Shown one piece after another: positions 17,275 through 25,928 of a DNA stretch of 64,000 nt (the stretch's first letter is position 1; each line of letters starts with the position of its first letter). Source of the stretch: Alphaproteobacteria bacterium (GTDB taxonomy: Bacteria > Pseudomonadota > Alphaproteobacteria > GM7ARS4 > G965262615); assembly GCA_965262615.1 (NCBI GenBank), contig OZ253545.1, positions 756,776 through 820,775 on the forward strand, given 5' to 3'. Made by a program: the position numbers and the translations under genes. Under the pieces are notes generated by a model, which searched no databases, was not told the origin of the DNA, and saw nothing but the letters and a program-made list of their open reading frames with translations.

Positions 17275-18348
17275 TCAGGGTTGAGTCGGCATTTCGGGCG
17301 TTGCGGCGATGGTTGTTTGTTGTGGTTTTTGCGGTGCGGCGTTGTTTTGCTTCTGTGCCAGTTGAGCGTTTTGCGGCTGAATGGCTTTGAGGATGGTTCT
17401 CACATTGTGCGCGATCATTCCCAGATAAGTTCCTGCGCGCGTTCCTGGCGCACCCATAGAATCGGCATAGAGGATGCCGCCCATCGTGATGTCGTGTCCT
17501 CTGGCTTTGCTGCCCTCAATGAGCGCCTCAACATAGCGCGGATTGACCGAGCTTTCGGCAAACAGTGCGGGGATACTGCGATTGACGGTGAGTTCCACGA
17601 GGCGATTGATGTCATGGAGTCCTGCTTCACTTTCGGTGCTCATTCCTTGAATCCCGCGCACATCAAAGTTGTATCGTCTGCCGAAATAGAAGAACGCGTC
17701 ATGAGCGGTGAGCAGCACTCGTTCCTGGTCTGACAGATTTTGCAAGGAGCGGGCGATGGTTTCGTGCAGTCGGGCGGTGGCTTTTTGAAAGACGCGCAAC
17801 CGCGCCAGATAAAAGGCGGCATTGTCCAGATCATTGTCGGCGATGCGATTGACCGCCTCACCGATGGCATGACTCCAGATGACGGGGTCCATCCACAGGT
17901 GCGGGTCAATGTGTCCCTCGTCACTGAGATGCAGGCTGCGTTCGGGCACGAGATCCAAGATGGTGACGACTTGTTTGCCGTGCTGTTGCAACCGTCCGAT
18001 GGGTCTTTTGAGGGGCGCTTCCAGCGAGGGCCCCGTCCAGATAATCATGTCGGCGGCGGCGAGCAGAGCCATATCCGAACGGGTGGGACGATACAAATGA
18101 GGGTCAACGCCCTCCCGCATCAGCGCAACCACCTCAATGCGTTTGCCGCCGATGCGTCCGATGGGGTCGCTGAGCATGGTGGTGGTGGTGACAACCAGTT
18201 GCGTGTACGGGTCGCTCTGCAGCCGTTGCAGACGCTCATCGCCACCGTAGCCCAGCAGCAACAACGCACACACCCCACACACCACCGCGTAGGCAACCAC
18301 AAAGGGACGCTGATTCATTGTCATCAGTTGGCGCATCAATTGGCTCAC
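17275..18348 (-). CDS. metal ABC transporter substrate-binding protein (TroA/MntA/ZnuA family) with a Gln/Pro-rich C-terminal tail
   Basis: TroA-like motifs (DPHLYRPT, DPHLWMDP, AHDAFFYFGRRY) and an N-terminal membrane/signal segment. Confidence 0.85.
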   Translation of the reverse strand: MSQLMRQLMTMNQRPFVVAYAVVCGVCALLLLGYGGDERLQRLQSDPYTQLVVTTTTMLSDPIGRIGGKRIEVVALMREGVDPHLYRPTRSDMALLAAADMIIWTGPSLEAPLKRPIGRLQQHGKQVVTILDLVPERSLHLSDEGHIDPHLWMDPVIWSHAIGEAVNRIADNDLDNAAFYLARLRVFQKATARLHETIARSLQNLSDQERVLLTAHDAFFYFGRRYNFDVRGIQGMSTESEAGLHDINRLVELTVNRSIPALFAESSVNPRYVEALIEGSKARGHDITMGGILYADSMGAPGTRAGTYLGMIAHNVRTILKAIQPQNAQLAQKQNNAAPQKPQQTTIAATPEMPTQP

Positions 18349-18367
18349 AGACTCCTTTATGGGCTAG

Positions 18368-18390
18368 TTGCGAATGATTGTCAATAGCAA
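18368..18390. promoter_or_regulatory. candidate Fur/Mur-type operator upstream of the metal ABC operon
   Basis: Imperfect palindrome TTGCGAATGATTGTCAATAGCAA, with 16 of 23 positions self-complementary by my count. It lies 20-42 nt upstream of the first possible start codon. Motif resemblance only. Confidence 0.3.
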
Positions 18391-18486
18391 GTAGAGGTAT
18401 TATGACACATAATCCACACAATTACAAAGTGTAATCTTAATTTTTTGTTGGAATTGTCAATCGTGAGGCAGGGGCGCAAGGAGGGC

Positions 18487-18891
18487 TTATTCTTTGTCAA
18501 ATGGTGGTTCTGTGTTTGCAAAATCAATCCTTTCTATGGATGGTATCCGAAATGTAAATGCTGTGCGTCCTTGAAATGAGCTCACGGCAAAATCTCCTTC
18601 GCCAATAATATCCATTCCTATGAGAATGTCGATCTCACCAGATAAACTTTCTGATTCACTCACGAGATGATTTTCAAACATCACACCATTGGGAAGAACG
18701 ATATTCACACGATATGCCGCAACTCTTTGAGGTTCTACCGTGCTGGGGGTTCTGACAAGAGCGACACCCACTTGCCGCAAGGCACATTTTTTTGCCACAT
18801 GCTTTGTGACTGATGTGTGTGTTGCTCCCGTATCCCAGATGGCTTTGAACTGAATTTTTTGTGCATGGGCATGGGCGTGTGCCACACCCAC
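18487..18891 (-). CDS. retropepsin-like (clan AA) aspartic protease
   Basis: Catalytic motif WDTGATHTSV, followed by ILIGMDII (a flap/GxD-like region). The apparent start is GTG, followed by a His-Ala repeat (HAHAHA). Confidence 0.65.
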   Translation of the reverse strand: MGVAHAHAHAQKIQFKAIWDTGATHTSVTKHVAKKCALRQVGVALVRTPSTVEPQRVAAYRVNIVLPNGVMFENHLVSESESLSGEIDILIGMDIIGEGDFAVSSFQGRTAFTFRIPSIERIDFANTEPPFDKE

Positions 18892-18942
18892 ACATCACTT
18901 GAGAGCTCACTCAAGCGAGTGTTTGCATCAATGGTAAAAGCT

Positions 18943-19215
18943 TTAATGGGCGGGTTTCTTTGCGCCATCAATAAAGGAAAACCGAGTTTGAAATGTTTGA
19001 TGGATGCTACGCGGATCCTCCGAACACTCCTGCACCAAGAATGTCCCCAGCTCATGCTTTTTGCTGGTGACCTTGATGGCTTCCTTCACATCATCATAAG
19101 CACCAATGACTTGTTGGTCTTTAATCACAACAAACTTGCCGTTGTATTTTTTGACCAACGCCTCGTGATTCTCCAAAAAATAATCAAAATCCCGATCCAA
19201 CTTCCTGTCCAACAT
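18943..19215 (-). CDS. small protein, DUF5678-like (putative partner of the aspartic protease)
   Basis: YNGKFVVIKDQQVIGAYDDVKEAIKV resembles the short DUF5678-type domain. It sits directly upstream of the protease on the same strand. Confidence 0.45.
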   Translation of the reverse strand: MLDRKLDRDFDYFLENHEALVKKYNGKFVVIKDQQVIGAYDDVKEAIKVTSKKHELGTFLVQECSEDPRSIHQTFQTRFSFIDGAKKPAH

Positions 19216-19400
19216 GATTAATTCCCTTCGTCAGTGTGTGTTGTTTGTTGCAGAGAGCGTCACCATTCCTCAAGATAAGATGAAAAATGAACCAGCACAA
19301 GAGAAAGGCGGGGGAATTCTTTGAAGATGCCATGGACTTTTTAATTGATTGCAGTTACAATCAAAATCTTATTTCGTTGGAAACATGAAGGAGGCTGGAT

Positions 19401-20759
19401 ATGAAATGCAAAATTAAGGATTGGGAAATAGGCGAGTTTGACAGTCGCAAACATAAGATAAATTTTGATCCCCCATATCAAAGAACTGAGAAGGCTTGGG
19501 ATGAAAAAATGCAACAGTTGTTGATTGACTCCATCATCAATGGCTATGACATCCCTAAGATTTATCTCCACAAATTAGCGGATGGTGGGTACGATGTTAT
19601 TGATGGCAAGCAACGCCTAACGGCTATATTTCGCTTTCTTAACAATGAATTTGGACTTGCCATTGCTAAGGGGAAAAATAATGGCTTTGAACTGACTGCG
19701 CCGTCTTTAAATGATTTTGAAGCCCGAGACCCTGAGCAAGGGAATATTTTTGATGATTTATCAACAGCATGGCGCGATAAAATCATGGATTTTTCTGTTA
19801 CAGTAACCATTGTTAGTGATGCTGATGAACTGGAAGTTAAAGGCTTTTTTGCTCGCTTGAACAAAGGGAAACAAGTTAATAATACAGAGCTCAGGCGTTC
19901 AATTGGCGGGACTCTTATGAATTCAATTAAAAGGCTGGCAAAGGATGATTTCTTCACAAAGAAAACGAAATTGTCCAATGACAGATTGATGATGGAAGAT
20001 ATTGCCACTAAATTTATTCTGATTGAAGATCTTGCCAATTTTTCTCATCCAGAACACAAACCGTATCAGGATTTGAAAAGGGAAGATCTTGATAAAGTTG
20101 TTAGACGCTACAAACAAGAAGAGGATAGCCAAAAAGTCAAAACATTGGAAAAAATTAAAACATTGGAAAAAATGGCAAAATCCAATCTTCAAGTAATGAA
20201 AGATGTATTTGAAGATAATTCGCCCCTATTGGCACAAAGCTCTATTCAGCTTTATTATCTCTTTATAAGAAAAATAAAGCTTGAATATGGTCACGAAAAT
20301 TTGAAAGGCTTGCTCAAGTCCTTTTTAGAGGATTTTGAGGTTGAGCGTCTGCTTGTAAGAGCCAAAACGAAAAGTGATGATGTTAAACCCGTAAATTTGA
20401 ATGAGGAAGAATTGTTTCGGGAACATAGAATACGGCGATTTATTTTAGACCAATCTAAATCCAACGATAAGAAAAGCTTGGAGCGACGAGTAGATACTCT
20501 GACAGGCTTTTTCATTGAAAAACATCCTGATGTTTTTGTTGTTGTTCGCAAAGATGAAAAGAGGCTTTTTACAAAGGATGAAAGGTTTATCATTTTTAAG
20601 CTGAGTGGTGGAAAATGTGCCAATTGTGGAAAAATATTTAAGGATTTTTCCGACTTTGATGCTGACCATGTCATTTCATGGGCAAAGGGGGGTCCCACCA
20701 CCATCGCCAATGCCCAAGCTTTGTGCAAAAGTTGCAACAGAAGCAAAGGCGCGCGCTAA
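19401..20759 (+). CDS. DUF262 (ParB/Srx-fold, DGQQR-type) + C-terminal HNH endonuclease; GmrSD-like type IV restriction candidate
   Basis: N-terminus FDPPYQR...LIDSIINGYDIPKIY...VIDGKQRLTAI, C-terminus DADHVISWAKGGPTTIANAQALCKSCNRSKG. GGAGG precedes the ATG. The sequence is strongly A+T-rich and carries an 18-bp in-frame tandem duplication at 20139-20174 (KTLEKI/KTLEKM). Confidence 0.8.
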   Translation: MKCKIKDWEIGEFDSRKHKINFDPPYQRTEKAWDEKMQQLLIDSIINGYDIPKIYLHKLADGGYDVIDGKQRLTAIFRFLNNEFGLAIAKGKNNGFELTAPSLNDFEARDPEQGNIFDDLSTAWRDKIMDFSVTVTIVSDADELEVKGFFARLNKGKQVNNTELRRSIGGTLMNSIKRLAKDDFFTKKTKLSNDRLMMEDIATKFILIEDLANFSHPEHKPYQDLKREDLDKVVRRYKQEEDSQKVKTLEKIKTLEKMAKSNLQVMKDVFEDNSPLLAQSSIQLYYLFIRKIKLEYGHENLKGLLKSFLEDFEVERLLVRAKTKSDDVKPVNLNEEELFREHRIRRFILDQSKSNDKKSLERRVDTLTGFFIEKHPDVFVVVRKDEKRLFTKDERFIIFKLSGGKCANCGKIFKDFSDFDADHVISWAKGGPTTIANAQALCKSCNRSKGAR

Positions 20760-20809
20760 AAATCATTTTCCCCTTGGCATGATGCCGCGGTTCATTACAA
20801 TACGGCATT

Positions 20810-21193
20810 ATGGGTGCATTTGGTGAAGATTTGAGGCGGCTTCATCCCGCTGATTTCAGCATCACTTTTGAGGATGTGGTGAAGCGGTTTCGTGCGGCAC
20901 TGCTGGCTCAAAAGGTTGAGCTGCCCAACAAAAATGACCATGACAGGGATGAATTGCGGTGTGAGACTCATCACGCCATTCTTGATTGGGTCAATAGCAA
21001 CCCAGACATAAGCCCCAGCTTTGTTGTGGGCAAAACGCCCGAGCTGTATTCAAGGGATTGCTGGCATCACCTAGACGAGATGCGAGAAACCACCATCTTC
21101 TTACTGGCTGAACATGTGCTGGTTGATGCTCTGCACTATGAATTGATTGAATGGCTTGCCAATGGCGAGATGCCCATCACTCACACATCGTGA
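20810..21193 (+). CDS. hypothetical protein (127 aa)
   Basis: An open frame with backbone-like composition. I recognise no motif. It overlaps the folD 3' end by 13 nt in a convergent arrangement. Confidence 0.3.
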   Translation: MGAFGEDLRRLHPADFSITFEDVVKRFRAALLAQKVELPNKNDHDRDELRCETHHAILDWVNSNPDISPSFVVGKTPELYSRDCWHHLDEMRETTIFLLAEHVLVDALHYELIEWLANGEMPITHTS

Positions 21194-22047
21194 ATTAGTT
21201 TTGCGGCTTTCAATGTATTATGGAGTAGACAGGCGATGGTCATGGGACCGACGCCGCCGGGCACGGGGGTGATGAATTTCGCGCGCTTCACCGCCTCATC
21301 AAAATTCACATCTCCCACGAGGCGTTTTTTGCCATTTTCTTCAATGCGATTGATTCCCACATCCAACACACACGCGCCCTCTTTGATCCAATCGCCCCGC
21401 ACCATGCGTGGTCTGCCCACGGCTGCCACCAGAATATCGGCGGAGCGACACAACTCGGGCAAATCGCGCGTGCGGGAATGGGCAATGGTGACGGTCGCCG
21501 ATTCTTTCAGCAACAACGCCGCCATCGGTTTGCCCACAATGTTGGAGCGTCCCACGATGACGGCATTCTTGCCGCTGAGATCCCCCAGTGCATCCTTTGC
21601 CATCATCCAGCATCCCAGAGGCGTGCACGGAATCAAGCCCTCCAAGCCGCTCCACAGACGACCGGTATTGACGGGATGAAAGCCATCAACATCCTTATCC
21701 GCCACAATGGTATTCAAAACCAACGCCTCATCAATATGAGAGGGCAACGGCAACTGCACCAAAATACCATGCACACCTGCATCATCATTGAGACTTTGCA
21801 CAAGGGCGAGCAGTGTTTTCTCATCGGTGTCATCGGGCAGACGATGCTCAAAGGAGTTCATGCCCGCCTGTTTTGTCTCCCGCACCTTGTTACGCACATA
21901 GACTTCGCTGGCGGGATTCTCTCCCACCAGCACCACCGCCAAACCGGGCGTGATGCCATGCTTTTTGTGCAACGCGCCCACTTCCGTGCCCACCGTATCA
22001 CACAGCGAGCGGGCAATCTGTTTGCCATCAATAATGGTGGCACTCAT
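21181..22047 (-). CDS. folD: bifunctional methylenetetrahydrofolate dehydrogenase/methenyltetrahydrofolate cyclohydrolase
   Basis: [50 protein letters not shown]. Confidence 0.95.
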   Translation of the reverse strand: MSATIIDGKQIARSLCDTVGTEVGALHKKHGITPGLAVVLVGENPASEVYVRNKVRETKQAGMNSFEHRLPDDTDEKTLLALVQSLNDDAGVHGILVQLPLPSHIDEALVLNTIVADKDVDGFHPVNTGRLWSGLEGLIPCTPLGCWMMAKDALGDLSGKNAVIVGRSNIVGKPMAALLLKESATVTIAHSRTRDLPELCRSADILVAAVGRPRMVRGDWIKEGACVLDVGINRIEENGKKRLVGDVNFDEAVKRAKFITPVPGGVGPMTIACLLHNTLKAAKLIHDV

Positions 22048-22337
22048 GGCATCATTCCTTGCATGAGGGCAGCATAGAGCAGGTCGCGCACAAAAACAAT
22101 CACAATCACCGCCGCCACAGGGCTGATATCAACGCCATTGATGAGCGGAATGGCGCGCCGAAACGGTGATAAAATCCCATCACCCAGACGACACAGCACA
22201 TCACACAGCTGGTATAAAAAACGGACTTCATCAACCACCCGTGATAGCAACAGCCAGTGCGCCAAAACCGATAAAATCACCACCCACAAGGCAAGAGATA
22301 AAATCGTATCAACCATATGGAAGAGAGCCAGCATCAT
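22044..22337 (-). CDS. yggT: YggT-family membrane protein
   Basis: 97 aa with two TM segments and the motif P....IP...G.D.SP. The yggT-folD adjacency is common. Confidence 0.7.
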   Translation of the reverse strand: MMLALFHMVDTILSLALWVVILSVLAHWLLLSRVVDEVRFLYQLCDVLCRLGDGILSPFRRAIPLINGVDISPVAAVIVIVFVRDLLYAALMQGMMP

Positions 22338-22382
22338 GTGTTATGTTGTAGTTTGAGTTGGCTCATCAAGCAAGAGACCACG

Positions 22383-22802
22383 ATGACGCAAAATCACTAT
22401 TACGACCTCTTTATCAAAGACCTCACCGTCTCCACCTGCATCGGCGTCAATGAGGACGAGCAGGGCGCGCCGCAGCGTCTTGTCATCACCATTCACATGC
22501 TGGCACACGATGAATGCACCCACAGCAACGACCAATTGGCGCGCGTGGTGTGTTATAATTCGGTGGTGGAGGATATGCACCAATTGCTTGCCCGCCGTGC
22601 TCAGCGTGGCTTGCTAGAGACATTGGCGGCGGAGATGATGGATCATATTTTGCAAGATGAGCGCATTGTGGCGGTGCGATTGCGTTTGGAGAAGCCCGAT
22701 GTGCGCCCCGATGCGCGAGCGGTGGGAATTGCGTGCCATCGCATCAAGCCTCATGTGGATGAGGCACTGTGCCATCGGTTGTGGGCGAGTCATCGTGGGT
22801 GA
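22383..22802 (+). CDS. dihydroneopterin aldolase family protein (FolB-like, methanopterin cluster)
   Basis: The N-terminus DLFIKDLTVSTCIGVNEDEQGAPQRLVITI is typical of FolB. It is the first gene of a co-directional, overlapping cofactor cluster. Confidence 0.7.
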   Translation: MTQNHYYDLFIKDLTVSTCIGVNEDEQGAPQRLVITIHMLAHDECTHSNDQLARVVCYNSVVEDMHQLLARRAQRGLLETLAAEMMDHILQDERIVAVRLRLEKPDVRPDARAVGIACHRIKPHVDEALCHRLWASHRG

Positions 22803-23460
22803 TGCGTGGATTATCAAAATTGGCGGCTCGCTGGCATCCCATCGCTTGCTGACGGCATGGCTGACGGCATCATGCACGGCGGCACGGGTGCGTCCTGTGG
22901 TGATTGTCGCGGGAGGCGGCGTGTTTGCCCGTGCCTTTCAGCCTCTGCAACAGACCCACGCCATCTCTATGGAGGATAGCCATCACCTTGCCATCGCTGC
23001 CACCGAACTCTATGGACAATTTTTGACGGTGCTCAATCCCATCATCAAGAAGGCGCGCAACCGAGACGAGATGATGCAAGCCGCGGTGGAAAAGCGTCCT
23101 GCATTGTTGTTGCCTTCCGAGTTATTGCGTCAGCACTCCATGCCTCCTCATTGGCAGGTGACTTCCGACTCCATTGCCGCATTGTGTGCTCGCTATGTGG
23201 AGGCGGCGGCGTTGTTTTTTGTCAAAGCGCGCGCTGCGCCCGGCAAACGGGTTTCTCTGGCTCAATTGCAGAGTGACCAATTGCTGGATCGCGGTGTGAG
23301 TTTGCACGCGCCATCGGTGTGTTCTTGGATGTGTCTGTGTGTGGATGATGTCAATCACTGTTCCGCTTTGGCAACGGGGGATGGACAAGAAGCCGCAAGC
23401 GTTGCATCCGTCATTGATACTGACCATTATCTTGAGTGGCAGGAGATGAATGATGGCTAA
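22795..23460 (+). CDS. amino-acid-kinase-fold protein of methanopterin-linked C1 gene islands
   Basis: WIIKIGGSL and VVIVAGGG are the two glycine-rich motifs of the Asp/Glu/UMP kinase fold. The start is uncertain: GTG 22795 or ATG 22753/22759. Confidence 0.55.
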   Translation: MGDAWIIKIGGSLASHRLLTAWLTASCTAARVRPVVIVAGGGVFARAFQPLQQTHAISMEDSHHLAIAATELYGQFLTVLNPIIKKARNRDEMMQAAVEKRPALLLPSELLRQHSMPPHWQVTSDSIAALCARYVEAAALFFVKARAAPGKRVSLAQLQSDQLLDRGVSLHAPSVCSWMCLCVDDVNHCSALATGDGQEAASVASVIDTDHYLEWQEMNDG

Positions 23461-23998
23461 AACACAGCAGCAGCGATGGGCATGGGCACTCACGGGCTCG
23501 GGGCATTTTTTTCAAGAGACATTTGAGATTATTGCCTCATTGCCTGAGGTGGATGTGTTCATGAGTCCTGCCGCCGATGAATTGCTGTCCATGTATCGGG
23601 TGCGTGACAGTCTGCCGTCTCATGTGCGAATTTTTCGCGACTCCACTGCGTCTGCCGTGCCTGTGGGGCGGTTTTATGAAAATCTCTATCACACATTGGT
23701 GATGGCGCCCGTCTCTAGTAATACTGTTGCCAAATGTGTGTATGGCATATCGGATTCATTGGTGAGCAATGTTTTTGCTCAGGCGGGCAAGTGTCGTGTG
23801 GAGTGTGTGGTGTTTCCTTGTGACACGGCACAAGAATTGATATCGGCGGCGCCCAAAGGAGATGTGACCGTTTATCCGCGCGCCATTGACCTTGATAATG
23901 TGACGCGCCTGCAGGCGTTTGAACGCACGCGAGTGGCATTGTCATTTGCGAATTTTCGTCAATTGATTGCGCACCGGGCAGATGAGATGGCATCATGA
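23450..23998 (+). CDS. flavoprotein of the AfpA/DmrB (archaeal-type dihydromethanopterin reductase) family
   Basis: WAWALTGSGH ... MAPVSSNTVAKCVYGISDSLVSN is a homo-oligomeric flavoprotein/PPCDC-like pattern. Its context is the methanopterin cluster. Confidence 0.6.
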   Translation: MMAKTQQQRWAWALTGSGHFFQETFEIIASLPEVDVFMSPAADELLSMYRVRDSLPSHVRIFRDSTASAVPVGRFYENLYHTLVMAPVSSNTVAKCVYGISDSLVSNVFAQAGKCRVECVVFPCDTAQELISAAPKGDVTVYPRAIDLDNVTRLQAFERTRVALSFANFRQLIAHRADEMAS

Positions 23999-25341
23999 GC
24001 AAGAATCGTTTTCTTTTTCTCACGGGGCATCTGGTGCATGAGCCACTGTGTGCATTGGCTGAGCGGCTGCCTGATGACGAATTCATGTGGGAGGTGCGAG
24101 ATATGGGGGTGCAGGTGGCATCGCTCATGACCAATAGTGTCATCAAGAGACGCTTGACCGACCTTGATGATGTGTCTCACATCATGCTGCCGGGCTTGAT
24201 GCGCGGTGAGACGGAAGAGCTGCGTCAGCATTTTGGCGTGACGGTGGTGCGCGGTCCCGATGATTTTCGTGACATTCCGCAGTGGCTGGGTGCGCCGCCG
24301 CCTGTGGTTGATTTGGGAGAGCATGACTGTCTTATTTTTGCGGAAATCACCGATGCGCCATTGCTTGCGCCGCAGGACATTCTTGCCACGGCTCGTGTCT
24401 TTGCGGCACAGGGTGCTGATGTCATTGATGTGGGGTGCTTGCCTGATGTTGCCTTTGACCATTTGGAAAGCGTCATTGCGCTGTTGTGCGATGATGGACA
24501 CACGGTGAGCATTGATTCGGCTGATTATGATGACCTGAGGCGCGGCGTGGCGGCGGGGGCATCGTATATTTTGAGCCTGCATGAAGGCACGGTGGCAAAA
24601 GCTCATGAGGATGGGCTGATTCCCCAAGCCACGCCCATTCTCATTCCCCAAGCGGGGGAGGATATGGATTCTCTTGAGCGCGCCATTGCGTGGTGTCATG
24701 CGCGCACGATTGAGTGTCTTGCCGACCCTATTCTGACGCCTCTGCCACAGGGGTTGATGAATTCGTTGGTGCGTTATCATCAATTGCGGCAGCGTCATGA
24801 GTCAGTTCCCATCTTTATGGGAGTTGGCAATGTGACGGAGCTGCACGATGCCGATTCTGCGGGTGTGGTGTCACTGTTGATGGGGGTGGCTGCCGAATTG
24901 AATGTGGCGGGCGTGTTGATGGTGGCGGTGAGTCCTCACTGTCGGCGCGCCATTGCTGAGGCGGACAGAGCCCGCCGTATTCATCATTATGCCCGCCGTC
25001 ATCAGTGTCTGTCCGTGCGCATTGATGACGGACTCATGGCGTTGCACGATAAAAAACCCGCATGGCAAGAGCCTCATGCCATTGAGGCGATGGCGAAAAA
25101 AATTACCGACCCCAACTATCGCATCATGCTGAGCTCGGAGGGCATTCATGTGTTTAACCGAGACATTTACATTGTGGCACAAAGCGTGGATGATGCCTTT
25201 GACCAGCTGCAGATGAGCTTCGACCTCTCTCATGCTTATTATATGGGCGTGCAATTGGCGCGAGCGGAAATAGCGTGGCGGCTTGGCAAAAATTATCAGC
25301 AGGATCAAGACCTTCACTGGGGCGTGGCGGTGTCATCATGA
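23995..25341 (+). CDS. dihydropteroate-synthase-like pterin-binding protein (methanopterin biosynthesis type)
   Basis: AQGADVIDVG ... SIDS pterin-binding barrel motifs follow an N-terminal extra domain. ATGA overlaps occur on both sides. Confidence 0.65.
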   Translation: MSKNRFLFLTGHLVHEPLCALAERLPDDEFMWEVRDMGVQVASLMTNSVIKRRLTDLDDVSHIMLPGLMRGETEELRQHFGVTVVRGPDDFRDIPQWLGAPPPVVDLGEHDCLIFAEITDAPLLAPQDILATARVFAAQGADVIDVGCLPDVAFDHLESVIALLCDDGHTVSIDSADYDDLRRGVAAGASYILSLHEGTVAKAHEDGLIPQATPILIPQAGEDMDSLERAIAWCHARTIECLADPILTPLPQGLMNSLVRYHQLRQRHESVPIFMGVGNVTELHDADSAGVVSLLMGVAAELNVAGVLMVAVSPHCRRAIAEADRARRIHHYARRHQCLSVRIDDGLMALHDKKPAWQEPHAIEAMAKKITDPNYRIMLSSEGIHVFNRDIYIVAQSVDDAFDQLQMSFDLSHAYYMGVQLARAEIAWRLGKNYQQDQDLHWGVAVSS

Positions 25342-25928
25342 GTTGTATTTTTGAGGGCATTGTCACCACGCTGGACGATGACGCATCGCCCTATCACGCG
25401 CCCTTTGGCATTGTGATGGAACAATCCCTTGTGCGGATTGCGCCGTTTCGTCCGTCTCGCAGTTTGGATTTTTTGCTCACCAGACGGTGCGCCGTTTTTA
25501 ACATGACCGACCATCCGTTGATTTTTGCGGGATGTTTGACGGGGCGTAAAATATTTGATGTCACCCCCGCCGTCACCATTGAGGGGTTTGGGCTCGCCGC
25601 CGCCGTCAGACGTTTGGAATTGCAATTGGAAAATGTGGTGGAGGATGAGACGCGTCCCAAGTTATTTTTTCGCATTCGCCATGAGACAAAAGGTGCGGCA
25701 TGGGAGGGGCATCATCGGGGGCGGGCGGCGATTATTGAGGCATGCGTCTTACTATCACGCCTGCATATTCTGCCGTCTCAACAGGTTGAGGACACCATGC
25801 ACCGCCTCGCCGACATCGTGCAGCGCACCGCAGGCAAGGAAGAAAAGACCGCATGGCAATGGCTGGAAGCGCATCATCAACAATGGAAAGAAAAACATGG
25901 CTCGGTTGCTGGTCAGTGTGCAAAATAA
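25338..25928 (+). CDS. DUF447-family protein (methanopterin/methanofuran cluster)
   Basis: Size and context match. The N-terminus is EGIVTT...D..P..APFG. ATG 25338 overlaps the preceding stop. Confidence 0.5.
   Translation: MSCIFEGIVTTLDDDASPYHAPFGIVMEQSLVRIAPFRPSRSLDFLLTRRCAVFNMTDHPLIFAGCLTGRKIFDVTPAVTIEGFGLAAAVRRLELQLENVVEDETRPKLFFRIRHETKGAAWEGHHRGRAAIIEACVLLSRLHILPSQQVEDTMHRLADIVQRTAGKEEKTAWQWLEAHHQQWKEKHGSVAGQCAK

Noticed and set aside
18735-19055. Possible frameshifted longer aspartic protease, joining the 106-aa frame to the DTGA frame at the A6 tract near 18855
   Set aside because: The upstream frame (..PIKAFTIDANTRLSEL..) shows no convincing retropepsin N-terminal features. The protease frame is closed by two stops just upstream. 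A GTG start with a separate small upstream gene is the simpler reading. I mention it only as an alternative.
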